A DNA stretch of 64,000 bases from an uncultured bacterium (GTDB lineage: Bacteria; Patescibacteriota; Minisyncoccia; Minisyncoccales; UBA5738). The position numbers and the translations under genes are program-made. The notes under the pieces were generated by a model. It searched no databases. It saw nothing but the letters and a program-made list of their open reading frames with translations, and had not been told where the DNA came from. The first letter of the stretch is position 1. Each line of letters begins with the position of its first letter. The stretch is taken from contig CAINCQ010000041.1 of NCBI GenBank assembly GCA_903847095.1, positions 72,292 through 136,291 on the forward strand. Direction: 5' to 3'. Below, piece by piece: positions 58,842-64,000 of the stretch.

Positions 58842-60509
58842 TTAATAGCAGTAACAGGCGGTTTCGCCCAAATCGTTGCCGTGGAAAGCGCAGTTATCGG
58901 ATGGATCTTGTTTGTAGTTTGATCCCGTGCAGGTTTCCCCGGCCGCGGCTTTAGGCTTGCAAACACCACAAGAGTCGTCCGGCACTTCCCGCACGAACGC
59001 CGGAGGAATGACCGCACCCCCGGTCATATTGCCGTGATAACTCCGCGGATCGTGCAAGACGCAAAAATACTCGTATTTATCGTAGGCGGTCGACCAGCGT
59101 TGATTGTCATGGCTGTAATAAAGAAAACCAAAATAGGCCTTGCAATTATTGTACGCTTGGTTGCCGCTTATTTGCATCGAGATCACTGCCTCGCCCGCGT
59201 TATTACATTGGGCCGCATTGCCCACAACCCCCATAAGATCATGGACTTCGTACACGCAAGCGTTTTTTGAGGGATCGGTCAAGCCAACACCCACGCAAAG
59301 TTTTCCGTTCTTTTTACAGATCTCGTCGCAATTGAAACCGCCCCGGAGACCGCCCCAGGTATTGTCGTCAAGCGAAACTTCCCCGGCCCAGTCCTGCATC
59401 AGTGTTTTTCCGCCGGTCAGATGCACGTCGGCCGGAGTGGCTCTAACGATCGTAAAAGGTTTATCTCCGATCTTGCCATCCGCATATTCATCCATCAGAT
59501 TCTCGCAACAATAATCGGTAATATAGAAATTGCTCTTGCCGGTATAGTCGTTTTTTGGTTTGTAAAGATCGGTTTGGTATTTATCCTTGGTATATTCAAT
59601 ATCCCCGAATACGTTGACACACTTTAATTTCTTGGTATCGGGCATACAAACGTATTTTCCTTTTTTACATTCGTTATCGTCAACCTTGCCATTGTTGTTT
59701 AAGTCAAGGTAGCAGCCTAAACCGATCTTGTCCTTTTCTTCATTGCATTGATTAACCACCACTTCGTCTTTCAGCTCGCAGGTATCGACGATACAGCGTG
59801 AAAGAATGTCTTCACAGCCGGCCGTGGTATTTCCGGTGCGCGTCTGACAATTAGCCACCGTTTCCTTGGGGTCGCATTTTTCGTCGCCGGTCACTTTTCC
59901 GTCACCACAACTAAGTTTTGGTGTCAGCTCGCAGGTTCCCTCAATACAACGCGAAAAAATGTCTTTGCAACCGGCCACGGTATTTCCGGTCCGCGCCTGG
60001 CAATCGGCCACCGTTTCCTTTGGGTCGCATTTTTCGTCGCCGGTCACCAATCCGTCGCCACAGGTTAATTTTCCGTCTTCGGGCATACCGCAGGTCACCT
60101 TGACCTTCCACCAACCATCTTTTAATCCCGACCACTCGGTGACCCCGATCACCATAAAAAAGGTGTTGATGAACAGCCAACCGGCCATCATTACCAGATA
60201 GCCTTTGAAAACGCTGGTCGCGATCATTTTTCCGGTTTCATAGTAGCTTGGGTTTGATCCCGAAATAAGAAACATGAATCCGGCAATGGCCAAAGCGACG
60301 GCGCCAAAAACGGTTGCCACATTGAAGAGCAGGAAATCCATCGCCAGCCGGAGCATCTCAAAAAACCAGCAGATGTTGCAATCCGGCTGGCCCGGCGCGC
60401 CACAGGGCACGAGGGTGGCGGAATAAACGGGCAAAAGCGGTGTCAGCGCGATCACGCCGGCTAAAAATAAAACCATTATCAATAAGTTTTTGGTTGGATA
60501 AAAACGCAT
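58842..60509 (-). CDS. pilin-like (LVPCG..C..C, 2-TM) N-domain fused to a large Cys-rich extension (555 aa)
   Basis: N-domain at 60090-60509 (LVPCGAPGQPDCNICWFF, two TM helices, EWSGLK..WWK..CG). It is followed by two tandem CGDGxVTGDEKCDPKETVA(D/N)CQ(A/T)RTGNT units, then about 300 aa containing many Cys residues. Confidence 0.55.
   Translation of the reverse strand: MRFYPTKNLLIMVLFLAGVIALTPLLPVYSATLVPCGAPGQPDCNICWFFEMLRLAMDFLLFNVATVFGAVALAIAGFMFLISGSNPSYYETGKMIATSVFKGYLVMMAGWLFINTFFMVIGVTEWSGLKDGWWKVKVTCGMPEDGKLTCGDGLVTGDEKCDPKETVADCQARTGNTVAGCKDIFSRCIEGTCELTPKLSCGDGKVTGDEKCDPKETVANCQTRTGNTTAGCEDILSRCIVDTCELKDEVVVNQCNEEKDKIGLGCYLDLNNNGKVDDNECKKGKYVCMPDTKKLKCVNVFGDIEYTKDKYQTDLYKPKNDYTGKSNFYITDYCCENLMDEYADGKIGDKPFTIVRATPADVHLTGGKTLMQDWAGEVSLDDNTWGGLRGGFNCDEICKKNGKLCVGVGLTDPSKNACVYEVHDLMGVVGNAAQCNNAGEAVISMQISGNQAYNNCKAYFGFLYYSHDNQRWSTAYDKYEYFCVLHDPRSYHGNMTGGAVIPPAFVREVPDDSCGVCKPKAAAGETCTGSNYKQDPSDNCAFHGNDLGETACYCY
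59766..60071 (-). repeat. in-frame tandem duplication, 2 x 153 bp (51 aa CGDG-type unit)
   Basis: ccaccgtttcct(t)tggggtcgcatttttcgtcgccggtcac recurs at 59855 and 60008 (offset 153). Protein residues 147-197 and 198-248 align. Confidence 0.85.
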
Positions 60510-60517
60510 AAATTTGC

Positions 60518-61951
60518 TTACTTTAAGGAGTCAGATCCGCCCATTGCTTCATTCAAATCCGACTTTCCATCGCCATCCGTATCGGCTACGGTTGGATTGG
60601 TGCCCAATTCCTTTTCTTTGAGATCGGTCAGGCCGTCCATATCAAAATCCAGATCTCCCGGACCGGTCGGATTGGATAATTCCTGGATTTCGGTAAGATC
60701 ATCTTTGCCGTCGCCGTCAGTGTCTTTCTTGAAACGATCGGTTCCATAAAATATCTCGTCAATATCGTTTAATCCGTCCTGATCGGTATCATAAAGGCTT
60801 TGGCCCTTTTTAAGAGGATTAAATCCGTTGTTCCATTCGGCTCCGTCGCTCATTCCGTCTCCGTCCGTATCCGGGTTCAGCGGGTCGGTGCCTATCTTTT
60901 TCTCAAGGTCATCGGCCAGACCGTCGCGGTCTTGATCGTTGGAAATAGGATCTTTGCCCAGTTTTACCGCTTCCCCGTCCTTGATCCCATCGTTATCGGA
61001 GTCGGGCTTAGAACATGACGATTTATAGGTCTTAACTTCTTGGTAGTCGCTTAATCCATCATGATCGGTATCGGCAACGGAGGGATCGCATCCCTTGGCT
61101 ATCTCATCATAATCGTTTAATCCGTCACCGTCGGTATCGGCTTTTGACGGATCAGTGCCAAACCAAAGTTCGTTATAATCGGCAATGCCATCCTTATCGT
61201 AGTCAAAATTACCGTCTTTGATCATTGCACTGCAAGCTAGGCGGGCACCCTCGAACTGGATTTTTTGGCAATCGGCCTCGGTTTTCGCGGCCCGATAGGC
61301 CACGTAGGCTTCAAAAGATTGTTTAAAAACCGTTTCTCCGGTTTTTTCCGTAAGTTCAACCCCATTCCTCGACGCGTCCAGTACGCAAAGTTTCCCGTAT
61401 TCGAGGGTTTTTATTTTGGCACAATAATCAAGCGGCAACGATGTATCGCCATTCTTTCCGATATTGGTCGCTTTGACACGGTCAACGCATTCCTGGGATT
61501 CAAAAACGTCACCATCGCTTTCATGGCACAAAGCGGGATTATTGCTGTTGATCGCGACATCCTGGACACACCGAGACCGGTCGCTTTCGCTGGAAAGCTT
61601 GCCACAGTAGCGACCGTCCATTCTTAAGCTCGCCTCCCGGAAAAGGCAATCATTGCGAAAGGTTAAATCATCGAACATCAAACAATCCTTGATGTTTTTG
61701 GTCTTATAAAGAATTTCCGAAAGATGCCGGCGGTTGAAACATTCTTTCCGTTTGGCTCCGTCGCTCATGCTGGCGCAGTCGCCGGGAACGTCGGGCGCGC
61801 CTTCGATGAGCCCGTTTCCGTTCTCAATGACCGGTTTTTGCGCTACCTCCCTTTTTGGTAAAAAAAATGGCACGAATACAATTGCCAAAATGATCATTGA
61901 AAAAAACAGCAAACCGATTCCGATCCAAAAGCTTTTTTTCGATTCTTCCAT
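60518..61951 (-). CDS. membrane-anchored Cys-pair repeat protein with ~10 thrombospondin type 3-like Ca-binding repeats (477 aa)
   Basis: TM anchor, a Cys-pair repeat region similar to 32126-33112, then repeated DxDxDG motifs (DTDGDGLND, DTDHDGLSD, DSDNDGIKD, DQDRDGLAD, DTDGDGMSD, DTDQDGLND, DTDGDGKDD, DFDMDGLTD, DTDGDGKSD). Its stop lies 8 nt before the next start. Confidence 0.7.
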   Translation of the reverse strand: MEESKKSFWIGIGLLFFSMIILAIVFVPFFLPKREVAQKPVIENGNGLIEGAPDVPGDCASMSDGAKRKECFNRRHLSEILYKTKNIKDCLMFDDLTFRNDCLFREASLRMDGRYCGKLSSESDRSRCVQDVAINSNNPALCHESDGDVFESQECVDRVKATNIGKNGDTSLPLDYCAKIKTLEYGKLCVLDASRNGVELTEKTGETVFKQSFEAYVAYRAAKTEADCQKIQFEGARLACSAMIKDGNFDYDKDGIADYNELWFGTDPSKADTDGDGLNDYDEIAKGCDPSVADTDHDGLSDYQEVKTYKSSCSKPDSDNDGIKDGEAVKLGKDPISNDQDRDGLADDLEKKIGTDPLNPDTDGDGMSDGAEWNNGFNPLKKGQSLYDTDQDGLNDIDEIFYGTDRFKKDTDGDGKDDLTEIQELSNPTGPGDLDFDMDGLTDLKEKELGTNPTVADTDGDGKSDLNEAMGGSDSLK

Positions 61952-62100
61952 TCTTTTATCGTCGTTTTAAAATTTAGATGGTTACCTGGTCTGTTAATAT
62001 TATACTTCGACTATTTTGAAAACTCAATTTTCTCTGCTAAAATAAGTAATGGGGTTTTTCTGTATCGTAAAGATAATCAGTAAACATAAAACAAGTATTT

Positions 62101-64000
62101 ATGAAAGCTTTCGAATATAATTTCAATCCGCAAACGCCCGGATATTTTTTTGACAGCTTCTCTTTTGAACCGGAAAGCAGCCACGAAAAAAGCTTGGGCG
62201 GTCTTTATATGGTCGGGATTTTAGGCAAAGCCAAGCAAAACGACGATTTTTTCCTTTCGAACCTGGCCAAAAAAATAAGGGAAAATCACTATCTGTCCAA
62301 GACCAAAGACCCCGAGGTCGCTCTCAATCAGAGCCTTCAGCTGGCCAACCAGTATTTGGAACAATTGGTCAAGAACGATAGCGTGAATTGGATCGGCAAT
62401 CTTGGTTTCGCGGTAATCGAAATCAAAAACCGGGCCATAAATTTCACGAAGACGGGCCCGGTCAAAATTTTGTTGTTACGCCAGGGCACGGTGATCGATT
62501 TGGAAGTTGGTATTGATTTTCCCGAAATGGAAACCTGCCCGCTCCGCGTTTTTGGCAACTTGGCGACCGGAAGATTGGAGGATGGAGACGCGGTAATGGC
62601 TTGTACCCTGGAAATCGCCGATTTCCTGTCCAAACAAAAGATGGACGAAGAGATAGCCCGGCTCATCGCTCCCGAAAACCCAAGCGAAAAAATGGACGAA
62701 AAGAAACTGGAAGATCTTTTTGGCTCCCGTCGCCAGGAACTCGGCCAAATGCCAGGTTCCTGCCTAATCGTCAGTTTGAGGAAAAATGAGGCTGGCATAT
62801 CAGCCGTAAGCTACGTTCCCGCCCCTAATTTAAAGAAAATGGCTCTTCGGGACGCGTTCAAACCTACATCCTTCCTGGGTTCACCGTCAATGAAGAAACC
62901 CAGGCTTTCACTGCCCTCGGTTCCTCGGATACCGTTATTGAAAACCGGAGCCTTGATCTTGGTGGTTGGCGCTATTGCCGCCGGGTTTTTCTTTTTTACC
63001 AATCTTGAATCACAAAAAAAAGCGCGGCTCTCAAACGATGCTTTCTTCGCCATTGAAAACAAGGTTGCTCAAGCCAAAAGCTACCAGCAAAGCGGGCAGA
63101 TCATGGAAGCCGGCAATCTCTTGACAGCCAGCCTGCAGGAATTGGCCACTCTTGACAAACAAGCCTCGCTTACGACGGACTTGAAGGGCCGGATCGGAAC
63201 ACTCCGCGCCCAGATCGGCCAGAATATGGATAGCTTGAACAAAGTAGAAAATACCACCGCTCTGGAAACGGTCTTTGACCTGAAAGACAGCGGTATCGAT
63301 CCGCAAAAGATTCTCCGTTTTTCGGGCGAGTTTTATTTCTTCGACCCGAAAGTCAAAAATCTTTTTTATTTGGATAAAAACAACGCTGGCAAGCTTATCG
63401 TTAACCAGTTCAATTCCGATATTGCTTTAGCCGGGGACGAATCCTTGTTGTTCTTTTCCAAGCCGAATCTGTTCGGTTATTATTCAAAAGGCGTTTTTTC
63501 GAAAGTAGCGCCGCTCAAGGATCCATACGCCAGTTACACTTTTAACAATTTCTTCACTTATAAACAAAACTTGTATTTTGTCGATAAAAATAACGGAAAG
63601 ATCGTAAAATACCCGCACCTTGGCGGCACTTCCTGGGCTCTGCCTCAGGTTTGGCTCAATACCGATCCGTCAAAACTTTCAACGCTGGTTTCAATGGCGT
63701 TTGACAAAAACGCTTGGATTCTGAACGCGGACGGCTCAATCGATAAATATTACCTGGGAAAATTGGAAACCACCTTAAAGCCGGCTTATTACCCCGCCTC
63801 GGGCAAGCTTGATAGCATCATCACCTCCGTTGATAACCCTTATTTGTATGTTTTGGACAAAGATCCGGCCCGGATAATAGTTTTGGACAAGAACGGAGTG
63901 CTGGTTAAACAGATTAGGAACAGCCAGCTCACCGATATCCGTGATTTAAGCATCTCCGACGACGGAAAGTCCATTTGGGTGCTCAACGGAACGGTCTTGT
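62101..64000 (+). CDS. large membrane protein, partial (runs off the window): degenerate PP2C-like N-domain, TM helix, repeat-rich extracytoplasmic region
   Basis: ATG at 62101, then 633 sense codons with no stop to position 64000 (translated by hand). The ORF is absent from the supplied track, presumably because it has no stop. One TM helix (GALILVVGAIAAGFFFF). The C-terminal region has repeated LYFVDKNNGKIVKY / LYVLDKDPARIIVLD blade-like motifs. Confidence 0.6.
   Translation, partial: MKAFEYNFNPQTPGYFFDSFSFEPESSHEKSLGGLYMVGILGKAKQNDDFFLSNLAKKIRENHYLSKTKDPEVALNQSLQLANQYLEQLVKNDSVNWIGNLGFAVIEIKNRAINFTKTGPVKILLLRQGTVIDLEVGIDFPEMETCPLRVFGNLATGRLEDGDAVMACTLEIADFLSKQKMDEEIARLIAPENPSEKMDEKKLEDLFGSRRQELGQMPGSCLIVSLRKNEAGISAVSYVPAPNLKKMALRDAFKPTSFLGSPSMKKPRLSLPSVPRIPLLKTGALILVVGAIAAGFFFFTNLESQKKARLSNDAFFAIENKVAQAKSYQQSGQIMEAGNLLTASLQELATLDKQASLTTDLKGRIGTLRAQIGQNMDSLNKVENTTALETVFDLKDSGIDPQKILRFSGEFYFFDPKVKNLFYLDKNNAGKLIVNQFNSDIALAGDESLLFFSKPNLFGYYSKGVFSKVAPLKDPYASYTFNNFFTYKQNLYFVDKNNGKIVKYPHLGGTSWALPQVWLNTDPSKLSTLVSMAFDKNAWILNADGSIDKYYLGKLETTLKPAYYPASGKLDSIITSVDNPYLYVLDKDPARIIVLDKNGVLVKQIRNSQLTDIRDLSISDDGKSIWVLNGTVL

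Noticed and set aside
62337-63306. Minus-strand ORFs 62337-62798, 62476-62748, 62811-63062 and 63031-63306 from the track
   Set aside because: They are antisense to a 633-codon uninterrupted plus-strand frame with a TM helix and repeat motifs. Their translations are low-complexity (S/F/R-rich).

Overview
This 64-kb window is densely coding. I call 67 protein genes and 2 tRNAs, and I saw no rRNA, CRISPR array, transposase or integrase. The standard genetic code fits throughout.

Housekeeping genes sit singly among many short, lineage-specific membrane or secreted ORFs:
- a MacB-type ABC efflux trio (33-3597)
- cysK and cysS
- dnaX, dnaB, recR, rplU and rmuC
- uvrA, uvrC and uvrB
- tRNA-Gln(UUG) and tRNA-Val(CAC)

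Several traits suggest an uncultivated, reduced-genome bacterium, possibly Patescibacteria/CPR-like. This is inference only. The traits are a compact DnaX (376 aa), a compact UvrC (359 aa), pilin-like proteins with an LVPCG..C..C N-domain, a sortase, and very stereotyped TTGACA-N16-18-TATAAT promoters.

The main hunt result is a 15.7-kb same-strand envelope island (46299-61951). It encodes:
- a TSP3 calcium-binding repeat protein
- a pilin-like/Cys-rich fusion protein
- a CAP/SCP-domain protein
- a sortase
- three small anchored or secreted proteins
- two paralogous giant cysteine-repeat proteins; the 1822-aa one carries about 21 tandem 51-aa, 8-Cys repeats (153-bp DNA period)

Both giants share an unusual C-terminal TVSTGF-TM-KAK anchor. 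A second copy of the pilin-like + TSP3 gene pair lies at 32126-34269.

Other leads:
- a homologous ~100-nt GA-rich/CU-rich hairpin leader in front of both dnaX and recR
- a cysK leader with an operator-like palindrome, a Cys-codon mini-ORF and a terminator hairpin
- a candidate ~100-nt sRNA between recR and rplU
- an orphan N6-adenine methyltransferase next to rmuC
- an open reading frame of more than 633 codons (62101 to the window end) that is absent from the supplied ORF track

All calls come from reading the sequence and the track. No database search was run.
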